Shown piece by piece: positions 36,001-47,113 of a DNA stretch of 64,000 nt. How positions within the stretch are numbered: the first letter of the stretch is position 1; every line of letters begins with the position of its first letter. The notes under the pieces were generated by a model, which was not told the origin of the DNA, did no database searches, and saw nothing but the letters and a program-made list of their open reading frames with translations. A program made the position numbers and the translations under genes. The stretch covers positions 62,001 to 126,000 of the forward strand of contig QPMI01000173.1 in the NCBI GenBank assembly GCA_004431415.1, given 5' to 3'. This stretch comes from Cyanophora paradoxa CCMP329 (taxonomy: Eukaryota > Plantae > Glaucophyta).

Positions 36001-39000
36001 GCTGGGACCGTCGCATGCGGCAGCCAGAAGCGTGATGCCCTCCCCAGCCGTGAAGTTAACCGTGACCAGAATGGTCGTCGGGCTTGTCGCGAGCGCCGTC
36101 TGGAGGGTAGGGGCTGGCGGAGCTGCGGGGGCTGCCGGGGCCGGGACCGATGCTGCTGGCTTCTCCAAAGCGTAAGAAACGCAGGAAACATCACCCACGA
36201 GCAGCCCGTCGTAATTCCACGAGCCTGAGTCCCGAGCGGCTCGGTCGACATTCTGATCATGAGCATGATCATGAGGATCCCGGAAGCACGAGAGGCGATC
36301 ATGATCAGCGTCGCGAATTAAACGCAGTTGCGCATATATATATACAGCTGCAATACACAAAAAAGCCTTCGAGAAGTGCTCACCGACTTTGCGCAGTTTT
36401 CGAAGAGGTACTCGACGAGCGGGCTGTCGTCTCCCTGCGTGGCCACGGGCCGCTGTGCGCTCGAGAAAGAGAGCCGCACTTGGTCGTGGCTCAGCTGCTT
36501 CTGCCAGACGCGAAACGCTGCAGCATGATCTCGTTCAGAAAAGTTTCCGAGAGATCCCATATATATATGCATAGTCAGAACGCGCACCCCCATATGTCGC
36601 ATTCACGAGCACCGCCGCAGAGTCGTCAACGAAGCCGGATCGGCCGAGGAAGAAGAAAGAGCGCGGGATGGCGGCAATAGCGATGTAGGATCCGGTCCAT
36701 ACAAGCAGGCCGTTCTTGTACGCGCGCGCAGTGCTCGTGCCGGAGCCGTCGGGCGTGCCGACGGTCACCACCAGGTGCGTCCAGCGCTTAAGCTACGTAT
36801 GGACAAAATGCAAAAAATGTCGACTTCGTCGACTAAATGCAAAAATGTATAATGACGCACAGGAACGGCTGAGGAACTGTCCCAAACGAATTTATAGTCG
36901 AAAACTCGCGTCGGCCTGTCGATGTCACGTGTCATGTCCATCCGAAGACGCATGGCGTCGACGTCGGCTTGCTCCGCGGCAGTCCAAAATATGTACTGCG
37001 CGGTACTTTAGAATGACTGGCATGGGGGCGTTGACGCGAACGAGAGCGGCGCAAACCATGAAGTCTGTCGGCGAGCCGTAGTTATTTCCAAAGTCCACGA
37101 GCCGCCTATTCGCTTGTGGTAACTTAATGTCCATGCGTGTCTGAAGTTCAAATATTAAAAACGCAAAAGAGAATGGAGCAGCGCTTTAGCTCTCAGAGAA
37201 GCGGGGCATAAGGGGGATGTTCGTGTCTCACGCGCACCCAGAGCTCGAATGACATTGGCCAGGACAGGGGTGTGGAGGCGAGGGCAGCGCTGAGGTCGAC
37301 GTGGCCAAGCCCCATCGCACCGCCAAACGACCCGAACTGCAACGCTGCTCGCGGCGTCAGCGCAGACACCAGCACCGTACCAACGAAACAGAAATTAATT
37401 CGAACAGCCGCGCCTTTTTCAGGGGGTGGGCAAAACATCCCGACGTCGACGGGCGATCCGTCACCCTTAAAGATGCCATTTCTGCCGTTACCGCTTGCGT
37501 CTGGTACGTCGGCGCCCTTGAACACAGATGTAGGCTGCGAAGGCAAAGGTAAACGTTAGCGGCGACGGCGATTCGGGGCGGTCGGGGAGAAAGAAAGCTG
37601 CTTGCCAGACTCCCGCAGGCGTCGAACTTGTACCTGCGCACGTGAACGGCGCCCTGTCGTGCCATGCATTCTCAATTAGATACCGCCGGATGCGCACCAT
37701 AGTTCGATCTTCGCCCCGGGACGGCCCCCCCGAAACAGGTCCTCGACTTGGGTAGTAGAAAGCGCCTCACTATAGATCCGAAAGTCTGCCCGCGGGGGTC
37801 ATCGAAAGTATACATGCGCGCGGCGATGGGCGCGATTGCGAGCCTCCCATGTAAAAATCCGTTGGGTCATCAGGAGACGTCCACAGCAACGTGCTGCAGC
37901 GCGGAAGACCAGCAATTTTCACGGGCGTCGATCGGCGTGTCTCGGAATCGAGCTCTCACCCAATAAGGTAGTCGGCGCGCGTGTTCGCAGGAATGGCAGC
38001 CGTCGCCCCTGCCATGCCGGATCCGGTTTTGAAATGAGGCACTCGCGAGCCGTTCAAGTAACTGTCGCGCAATTTGTTTGTCGGCTCTTGAGAAGAGTCC
38101 ACAAACAAATTTCATATATAATTCACACGCTCACGTAATAAACTCGTTTTCGGCGAAAACGAGAGTCAACAAATGCCAGTTGTCATTCTGAGACAAAGAC
38201 GGGCACAAATGTTCAAGCTGAAGAATCAGCGAATTCCGTGCTTCGCGCGAGTAATTACCGCCGGGATAGAGTTTTCGTTTATAAACGCGGTGGTCCGCAT
38301 CGTCGTTGTACCGCTTGGGTTGGTGTAATAGATAATAAAGTGGCTCGTTTTTGGAGGCCCCTGCGTGTATCAGGATTATTGATCATATGCATGAATTCGG
38401 ACCCGGAAGGGAAATCAAGGTGTTTTCTAGTTACGAAAGTCAAGCGCACGGGGCACTGAATGCTCTGACCAGACAGTCCGCTGTCATCGACATTTATCCC
38501 CGACTGGCATGTAGCAATGAAGATGCTCTCTCTACCGGATCCGCTGCAAATTTAAATGCACGCAAATGTCAGCGTCAAGCGGAACTGCATGTCTCAAAGA
38601 GGCATCACAAAGAACTAATCTGATCAATAAATCCTTAAACATGCAAAACAATACGAGAAAGAAATTACCCATCGTCGAGCACAACAATACGTGTGAAGTG
38701 ACGTAATTCTTTGGGCATCTTGGTCCAGAAAGAAATGGTAAATGGGCTTCCGAGCGCGAAACTAGGCATCTTGATGTATCGATGCTTCGTTTCCGGGGCA
38801 TCTGTGGTTCCCCAGTAGGCACCTGCGTTGGATAACCAGGCGAACGAAATTCGACATCAGAATATGTTCAGCAGATCTAAACATTATTCATCAATAATCT
38901 GCACACCAGCAGGTTGCTGATTGCAGCTGCTCCCGTTTGCAAGAGGCGCCATCTGCACGTCGCCGTAGAGTAGCCCACTTCTACCGTTGCCGGACCGATC

Positions 39001-42000
39001 GAACGCCTGTGGTGCCGGAACCGGTACGCGCCGGTGAGATTTCGACAAAACCGTACGTCCCACGTACATATATTCCGAAAGGGGCGCAGCACAGAGTTCT
39101 AGTGCGGCCGCCAGTGATTTTGAAATTGGAAGGCGGCCGTGCGGCAAGCTACATGCATATGTACATTCACATCTAGCAGTCGCGACGCAGCGGGGTCCAG
39201 AAATTAAATCCGCGCGATGTGGCGGCGAACCGTCTCCCCGCAGGTGTCGAATAGGTGGTGGGCGAGAAGCGGGGGTCGCTCGTGGACGGCGGGGCGGCCG
39301 CGAGCGACCTCGAGGACCTGCTGCGGGGAGAGGGCCGCGCCGTACACGCGGAAGTCGGAGAGGTCGAGGCCGCTCGGGTACGGGGCGCCCGGCCAGAACG
39401 AGTGCAGCAGGACGTGCTCTGCGCGCGTTGCCGGCGCGATGCTGTAAGACCCTCCCGCCCCCCCGGCGGTCTTGGCGTGCGGACGAAAAGTGCCTGCGTT
39501 CGACGGCGACGCGATCAGCCGCGAGCGGCTTCGAATTCGGCGAGCACCTCGCGGAGTTACTTCTCCGCACCGTTCAAGTACGTGCGAATTTCGGTGGGGG
39601 TAAACGTGATGGCGAGATGGTTCCAGGAGCCGTCGACCTTGAGCGCGTTTTCCCCATTGAACATGTGAATTTCGATGCGCTGTGCCGAGCCGTCGAACAC
39701 TTCGAGCGAGAGCGCCACTGAGCCAGGAGCCGCCTGATAACGAGTGAGCCGCGGCCGTGTGCGAGCGTCAAAATGCGCCGAAAATCGATTGAAAAGGCGA
39801 CGCACGTCGCAGCCATAGACGCCGTACCAAGGGTCGTTGCCAACCGCGCCATTGGGACAAAAGAAAAGAAGCTGCCGCAACAAAGTTAAAATTCTTGTTA
39901 GCACACACCGCGAGCACTGAATTCGAGGTTCTGTATAGCTAGAGGACGTTAACGTCGTCGAGAGCGTACGTAATTGTTTATATAACGGCTGTCTCCGAAC
40001 TCGAACAGATTAGCCTCGTAAGGTTGATTCGACCGGAGCCGGAGCCTGCACAGGTACGTGAAGGAAGGGCCGTCATCAGTGAGACGCCGCGAGCACTCGT
40101 GATCAAATTGCTGGATTGGCGGTCTCACCAGAACGCGACAGTGAAAGTACCAGGCAGCTCAAAGCTCGGCATCTTGAGGAGTCGCTCGGTTTGCCCCACG
40201 GAAGCCTTGCTCGTCGCCTTGTTTGTTCCCGCAACCAGCGCTGCGCAAGGACACGAAGCCATGTGAGTGTGTGCAATAATGCAGCGGGCCTCGATTGAAC
40301 ATTTGCAGCCCAGACGCCACGGGCACCGGTCTTTGGGATGTCCAAAGGGCACGGCCCGTGTTGCGTGGCGTCACCAGAGAGAACTCCGTGGCGTCCGTGC
40401 CCCGAGACGTCGGGGACCTGAGCGGCGCGGCGTTTATTAGTACATATTGCGGGGCACTTGCAGCTGCATCCAATGCCGCGGATGTCGCACGGTGGCCCCG
40501 CAACCCTGGAACGTGTAGTGGATTTCGAGGGGAGCCCCTGGAAGCTTCCCAGCTGCCACCTCGGCCGCCTGGGCGTCAGATAAAGTGCTCGAGTAGACGC
40601 GGAAGTCTGTGCGATCGCGCGCGAGAAATACGATGTTCGAGATTAATCTTCGTGCCAAACCCGGCGACGTCGACTGAAATGAGATAGACACTCGCCCGAG
40701 ATATAAACTTCTTTCATCGCCAATGGAGTATTGCTTCTCCCCAAGTGCTTGGAGATGCTGTGGACGGGACGAGCAAGCCGCGCTATTGGCGAGAAGCTTC
40801 CGGCAGCAGCAGCCGTGTGCGGAACCGGAATTCCGTTTAGCCAGCTGGGGATCCGGAAAAGATGCGCTCATGATCAGCGACGAATTGTTAAAATTAATGC
40901 AGTCGCGCCGCATTATAATGAATTCGAATCCATCCAAATCTTGAGATAAGCAGCACAGCGCACGTATACGTCGCGGTATCGGAGAATGCGATGGTAATCA
41001 AATGCTCGGCGTTATTGAACTGCAGTGGAAAGGATTACAATCAGCGGCCGGCAAGCTTTAAGATCAGCAAACAAAAACCGAGCACCGGAATGCCGTTGGA
41101 GCCTTGAAATGCGAGAGTTCGTATCACCACGTTCTCATTTTCAGATGCTCCAGCACTCGAATACACTGTCAGCACGAGGCCCACTTTCCCCGGGTCAACC
41201 TGCAACTGTTATTAAATATAGCCTGTCCATGCTTTATATGTACACATTGTCAAACGATACGTTAGTCGAAGTACAGCTAGCCACGAATCGGACCGAGCAT
41301 TTGATATAGGAGCTTGTAGTGTTGTCCCATATCACATCCAATCCGTTCTCGCAGAAGGACGCTGCAGCAGCATGTGGTCATTGCTCATCGATATCGCGAT
41401 CGCGCGTGCGAATCCGAGGATCGCCCTTTTCTAGCGCGCGCAGAATTACTATTTAGCCTAGGACCTAAGAACCGATGCATGTGGAAAAGTGCGCTTGTAA
41501 CAATGAAAGAAGAGGCTCCGTTGCCAGGATAAGGTGTCATGACTGCAGCTCGAGTACTTTAAGGAGTTCTGTACATGTGCGAACGTACCAACGATGTTGT
41601 GGGACTGCGGTCCAAATCCCCAGTCAAGAAGGCGCGCCCATGAGGTCTGAGACCTTTTCAGCCGTAACCTGAAGTTGGGGCGTCCGGTCCATTATACCTC
41701 AGTCAGAGGCGACCCGACAGCGCATGCACGCGAACAGCTGCTGCACGTTCGAACGTGCACACCGCATAGAAAACGTGACGGGCGTCCCGACGAAGAACGA
41801 CGGCGCGAGGATGTAGTCGTTGAAACCTCCCTTTGGCCCAAGGTACGCCCCTGCGGGCGAACGTCGATTCTGAATGTTGCAGCATCGCATCGAGCGAGGG
41901 GGGGGGGGGGGGGGGGGGGGATGTTTAACGGACCAGGGTCGCACGTCCAGAGGTCCCCCACAAGCGTTGCGTCCCTTCCCTTGCCGCTCGTGTCGACGGC

Positions 42001-45000
42001 CTGCGGCGGATGATTTGAAAAGGCATCGCCGAGTCGCGTTCTACATGTACAGCTGCAGGCTTGCAATGCACCGTCTTGCCGCAGGAATCGAAGCGGAGCT
42101 GCAGCTCTAGCGGCGCCTGGGGCCGGATGCCGCGGAAGATCTCGGAGACTTGATCGGCCGTCAGTTCCGAGCTGTACACCCGGAAATCTGCGACACGCAT
42201 ATCGAGAATCGTGCATATCAGACGGCCTACTATAAGCATTTTACAAAGCGTGCAGCAATCTCGGACGTCAAAGCGCACCGGCCAGCTGCCAGTCTGCTGA
42301 ATTCGGATCAGTCTCCCAGTTCGCTGCGACGATATTGATGAATCGAAGGTCAGTAAAAGGCACGTGCGCCTGCGGCGGCTAACGCGCGATCTCGTTATAT
42401 AGAGACATCAATCGCAATCGATCTCAGACTCCCAGCAACGCACAGCGCCCGATGAACATGCCGCTGCGCGCAACGTTCGGAAGAGCCCCCGCCGCGCCCC
42501 CTCCGCCTGCTGCCGCTTTCAATGTAGGATGCCACGTGCCGTTGAGGTAAGGCCGGGTCTGCGCACGGAAGCCAGAAAGGCAAAGGCAATGAGCCTAAGT
42601 GTTAGTTCTAGCTATTGTCTCATTTTATAATTAATTGATCAAATGGGACTATTTTGAGCCGACCTCGGCGCCTGTCAGAGTGACGGCCACGAAGTGCCAC
42701 TGGCCATCCACGGGGATGGCACTGCTCCCGTAGAACACCTGCGTGAAGACCTGTATCGAGCTTCCGGCGAACGTGGTGATGACGAACGACGTCGTCCCGG
42801 CCGCTCCCTGTGCGTGACCGGGCGCCCCGGCCCGGCGCCTCTGCGTTAACAAGCAGCTCGATCTAAACAGAATCGCGCGTGTGTGTACAAACCGTGCATG
42901 AATCCCATCTCTGTGAATAGTAGTCGAAAAACGATGCGCCTGAAGATTACGGGCCACGCGATCACAATCACGCCTCACAATATTTTTAGCATTTGCAGCT
43001 ATATATAATTCGAATCTAGATCACAATTAATTATAAAACTCGAGAAGCATTATTTAGCTATAATATGTATTTAGCGCCTCGTGCCGGCCAGTCGGCACTG
43101 GAACGGCAGTGGTTTGCAAGGAGTAAATGAAGTGCAAACTCATGATCGATTAATATTTATCCCTGAAATGAAATATAATCTAAAACCGAATGCGGGGCTG
43201 GCACCTGGTGGGCACCACTGGAAAACCTGTCCCAGAGGCAGCGTGAGCTTAGATAATGCATACGCACAGTAGGCGGCAATCGATTATAATTATAAAAAGG
43301 CGGAAGCTCACGATATTGTCAACGCTCATGCCGCTCCCGAAGTCGATGATACGGGCAGGAAAAGGCTGGTGCCTGAAGAGGCGGACCCAGAAGGAAACAC
43401 TAAAAGGAGTCCCGAGGGAGAAAGAGGGAATGACTGCGTAGCGATGAGTGTTGCGTACTGCCGCGCCCGTCGGCGCCGTGCCGAAGTATAGCCCTGCAAA
43501 CAAGAAATTAGAAACTTGCGTGGCTATATTGTTACAAGAACGATATAATTATGTAACGAGATAACGAGAGGCATAGGCATCTAGATCCCCGACAGTTTCA
43601 AGTTTCATGGTGAATTAGTGTTATTTATGTTATTACTCCGTCTCCGCAATATGTGCCGCGACATGTACACGGCCGCCGTTGCTGGGAGCGCGGGCGTGGG
43701 CGACGGGTGAATCGTTCACCCGTAGAAGGGACGGGCGGGCAGCCTTCTTCGGGGGTCAGGTCGCCGTAGGCGTACCCCGTCCGTTGCCACGGCGACGCGT
43801 CGCGAACCTGGAGTGCAGCCCATTCAAAACCGTTTACGTATCTCATCCACATGAAGCTCTTGCAACTTTAATTTCAACGCTTATTTACGCTTTAAATTTT
43901 CATTATTTAATATAGCCGTTTTAATCGTGGAATGTTTACGTGAGTGATTTTGACTCTAGTCACTCGCGATCACGGAAGACTTCGATTGCAAGAGCGGGTG
44001 GGTGCAAGAGCGACTTTTGAAGAGCGCACGGTGCGGCGGCAGGCGCGGAGGGCGAGGGAGAGCTGGAGGCTGCCAGGTGCCACGGGGTGCCCCTGGAAGT
44101 CCGCCAGCGCCTCAGCGGCGGCGAGAGACGCATTCCAAACTTTGAAGTCTGGCGGCCGTATACGTAGTTGACAATGATGCGGATCCGAAGTAAGCAGCGA
44201 AATCAAACATAAAGGGCTTGGGCGCCCCATGGCCAGCGAACCCGCCACGTGGGTGTTGACGAGGAAGAGGCCCCCGTCGGCGTTGTTGCCGACGTCGTGG
44301 AAGCTGCGGGCCAGCTTGGGCACTCGCCCGGCCGCGCCGGCGAGCCCGCCGGACTCCTTGCTGTGGGCCAGGCGCGTCCCGTTGAGGAACGTCGCCACTT
44401 CGCCCTCGGTGGCCGTCAAGACGACGTGGTGGTAATTACCGTCGCCCACCTGTGCATGCGCCGGAGACGCTTCAGAGGGCACACGCATGCATATGTTCTG
44501 GTTACGATGAATATGAATAGATTGGCTCACCGGAACGCCGTTCTCATTCTGGAACGCGAACACCTGAAAGGCACTGCCGCCAGTGGCTTGGTGCCCGGTC
44601 GCGTAAAATATAACGGCTGTCTTTCCGTTCGCGGTCTGCCCGAGGTTGCGAATTCGAACACGAGGGAAATGTCAACAAGCGTAAGCTTGAGCGTCGGACA
44701 GGCCCGGGGGTCGCACCGGACAGGGTCCCGTCCAAGAGCCCAACGTACCGTCGCTCACAGATACTCCGGGGGGACACACAATCGCACCGACTCTTTTTCC
44801 GTCCGCTCCAGTCCCGTCGTACAACTCGAAGATTCTGCGTGAAAGAAATTATAATTAATATAGACATTGCGGAGAACTCGATCGTAGTCGGATTAACGTT
44901 GCGGGGGCGTCAGTGGGATCCGGGGCTTTGCATGATCATGATCATCAAAGACAGACTCTGAGAGCAGTCGCACCGAGTCCAAGCAGTCTGCTGCTGCCCG

Positions 45001-45345
45001 AAACTGACCCAGAATGAGACGCTAAAGGGTGTGCCCAGCTCGAAGGGCGTGCTCCGCACGTAGCGCGCCGTCGCCGCCCCGCTCGTCGTCCCAAAGTAGG
45101 TTCCTGCGAAGGAGGTTTCTTAGCAATAATCCACGCGACACATACGCACATGCATTCTACATCTGTCTCTCCGATCCGTTTAGGGGCGCGGGAAGGGGCC
45201 TCGGACCTCGGGAGGAGGGCCCGGGCCCGGCCGCTTGGCAGAGTCCACCGCTAATCATGAACAGGACGGCAACGAACGCGACGAGAAAAGGCAGACGGGA
45301 CGATCGCGAGCGCCGCGCCGCCCCGCTGCAGCTGGTCATGATCAT
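21027..45345 (-). CDS. Giant multi-exon cell-surface protein: signal peptide, 6 LamG/concanavalin-like repeats, FN3-like domain, unknown domain, long Cys-rich (GCC2/GCC3, ephrin-receptor-like) repeat array, 3 TM segments, disordered tail
   Basis: Signal peptide SRLPFLVAFVAVLFMISGGLCQA near 45240-45300. Six LamG-like C-terminal motifs: DFKVW ~44145, DFRVY ~42185, ~40600, ~39350, DFRIY ~37780, AFRVW ~36510, with W.H..VT and IIDFG motifs. FN3-like region 35830-36140. Dozens of CxxCxxG repeats at 24030-31770. TMs at ~23575-23630, ~23185-23255 and ~21730-21920. All exons are on one strand with no intergenic-type gap; that they form a single gene is inferred. Confidence 0.72.
26063..29677. repeat. 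Direct repeat of 1122 bp (26063-27184 and 28556-29677; offset 2493) covering exons and introns
   Basis: The two copies are essentially identical. One substitution noticed (EGFAA vs EGSAA). Duplicate ORFs in the track are offset by exactly 2493. Confidence 0.95.
31802..32400 (+). mobile_element. TRIM (miniature non-autonomous LTR retrotransposon) with tRNA-like LTRs, inserted antisense in an intron
   Basis: Identical 144-bp LTRs at 31802-31945 and 32257-32400 bounded by TGTT...AACA. TSD ACGT at 31798-31801 and 32401-32404. PBS TGGGGGCT directly after the 5' LTR. Purine tract GGCGGGGGGGA before the 3' LTR. 311-bp non-coding interior. Confidence 0.93.
31819..31923 (+). promoter_or_regulatory. 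tRNA-derived type-2 Pol III internal promoter within the LTR (identical copy at 32274-32378)
   Basis: A box TGGCCTATTGG at 31860-31870 and B box GGTTCGACTCC at 31903-31913, at tRNA-like spacing. T-arm GTTGG-TTCGACT-CCGGC. GGACCCG (31819) can pair with TGGGTCC (31917-31923). Confidence 0.75.
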
Positions 45346-46430
45346 GGGCGCCGGCTGACGGCGCCAGCGCCGACCGTTCCACAGAGGGAAGGGCACAAAG
45401 TCAGATTTTCCGCTTCGAATTCCAGCACTCCCGACAAATTTGAGCCTACAGCTAGGCCTGCAGCTTGAAGGCACCGCTGGCGATGCATATGGAGAGCTGC
45501 TGCTGTCGACGTCGGCGCCGGCAGCGGGCGGGGGGAGCGCGCATGCGCAGCCGTGGGGCACGGCGGCCGCCGGCAGCTGCAGGGCGGCCGCTGGCAGCTG
45601 CAGGGCGGCCGCATGCGCAGTTGCAGCTGCACATGAACATGCAGCTACGCATGCTGTACATATGGATGTCGCAGCTGCCGCTGGCCACTGCCGAATCGCG
45701 CGAAGCGACTTCGTAACCATATACATCGAAACGTTGCCTGGCTGCAAACAGCTGCGCATATAGCTATAGATATATGGTCGTGTTAACGTTTACATGCGTG
45801 CACGTGCACGTGCACGTGTACACGTATAGCTCCAATCGATGTCGAAGTCGCACATCCAGTTGATCATGATCATGATCATGAAAGCTATAGACTGTCGTGC
45901 ACGGGAGCTGATAAAGCTGCTTGAGCGGCTTGCAGTGAAAACGCGCACAGCACAAAAAGATCGGCCACTGAGACAGTGAGACTGCCAGCCTGTGTCAGGT
46001 GTGTTCAGATTTTATAGAGGCGAGCCTTGGAGAGCCTTGGAGTGCCACGTCGGCCTCTAGCTACGCCGCCTATATAGCTGCGTACTGCGGTATATATATA
46101 CGTATACGCGCACGGCGCTCAGCGGCTGCAGACGGCGTGCACGTGGTCGTGCGTCGTGCCGCCCGTCCGTAACAAGCTGTAGCCTACTAAGGCTGGTAGT
46201 AACAAATTATTAACAAGGGGGGGCCTAGATATGTACTAAGGTACTGCAGTGCCGTGGTGCGCGGGCAGCAGCGGCTATGCGCGGCGGAGCGAAAAGGCCC
46301 AAAAGCGCTAGCAGAGCCTAGCACCGTCGTCAGCTTTTGCTCGCCGCGCAACTTGCAGCTTTTGCTCGTCAACCGTTTCAGGGTACCCCGCCGTTCTGGA
46401 GGTACCGTCGGTAGTACTCGGTACCGATTC

Positions 46431-46490
46431 GCGGCGAGTCGGCGACTCGGCGGCGAGTCGGCGCCGACTCGGCGGCGAGTCGGCGCCGCC
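46431..46490. repeat. Short tandem repeat of ~19-22-bp self-complementary units (GCGGCGAGTCGGCGCCGACTCG) x3
   Basis: Directly visible. The central unit contains the perfect palindrome CGAGTCGGCGCCGACTCG. No spacers. Confidence 0.8.
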
Positions 46491-47008
46491 GTCCGGCAAG
46501 TTGGTTTTTTTATTTTCATGTGCAAGAAACAAATGTCTCCCAGGAGCTCCCGATCGCGAGCTCGATCGCGAGCTGGATCCGGAGCTCGAGGGTTCGGCGC
46601 CGGCCCGGTTCGCATATATATCGTCTGGCGCGGCGCCGCGCCTTGGGCTCTAGGCCCGCCGGGCCGCCGGCGAGTCGCCGAGCGAGTACGTCGCGATCGA
46701 GGGTAGAAATGTCGTCCGGCTGGTAATTATATATAAGGCACTGCGGTTTACAACCTGCAGCTGCAGCTCAGCGGCTGAATCGCCATCATCGAGTCCGGAT
46801 CATCGGATCCGGCCGCGGATCGATATCCGATCATCATGGCATGCATATGATATCGATATCGATCATCGATATCGGATCATGATCATGCTCAGTCCACATT
46901 AATATTATCACTGAGTCGGCAAGGCTGAGTTCGAGCAGCTACCGGTCGCTGCGGCCGCGCTCGAGCTCGCCGTGCGCACGATACTCGAATTCGAATTTGA
47001 ATTCGATC

Positions 47009-47079
47009 GGCGGGGTACAACTCTCTAGACGCAGCCGGCGGGGTACAGCTCTCTAGACGCAGCCGCTCGTAATATAAAA
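47009..47079 (+). promoter_or_regulatory. 28-bp tandem duplication followed by a TATA-like element upstream of the PPR gene
   Basis: GGCGGGGTACA(A/G)CTCTCTAGACGCAGCC twice (47009-47036, 47037-47064), then AATATAAAA about 40 bp before the ATG at 47114. Confidence 0.45.
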
Positions 47080-47113
47080 CGCCACCGCCCGCCCTGTAAG
47101 ACGGAAAGCGAGC

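Noticed and set aside
46431-46490. CRISPR-like palindromic repeats
   Set aside because: The units are directly adjacent with no unique spacers, there are no cas genes, and the context is eukaryotic.
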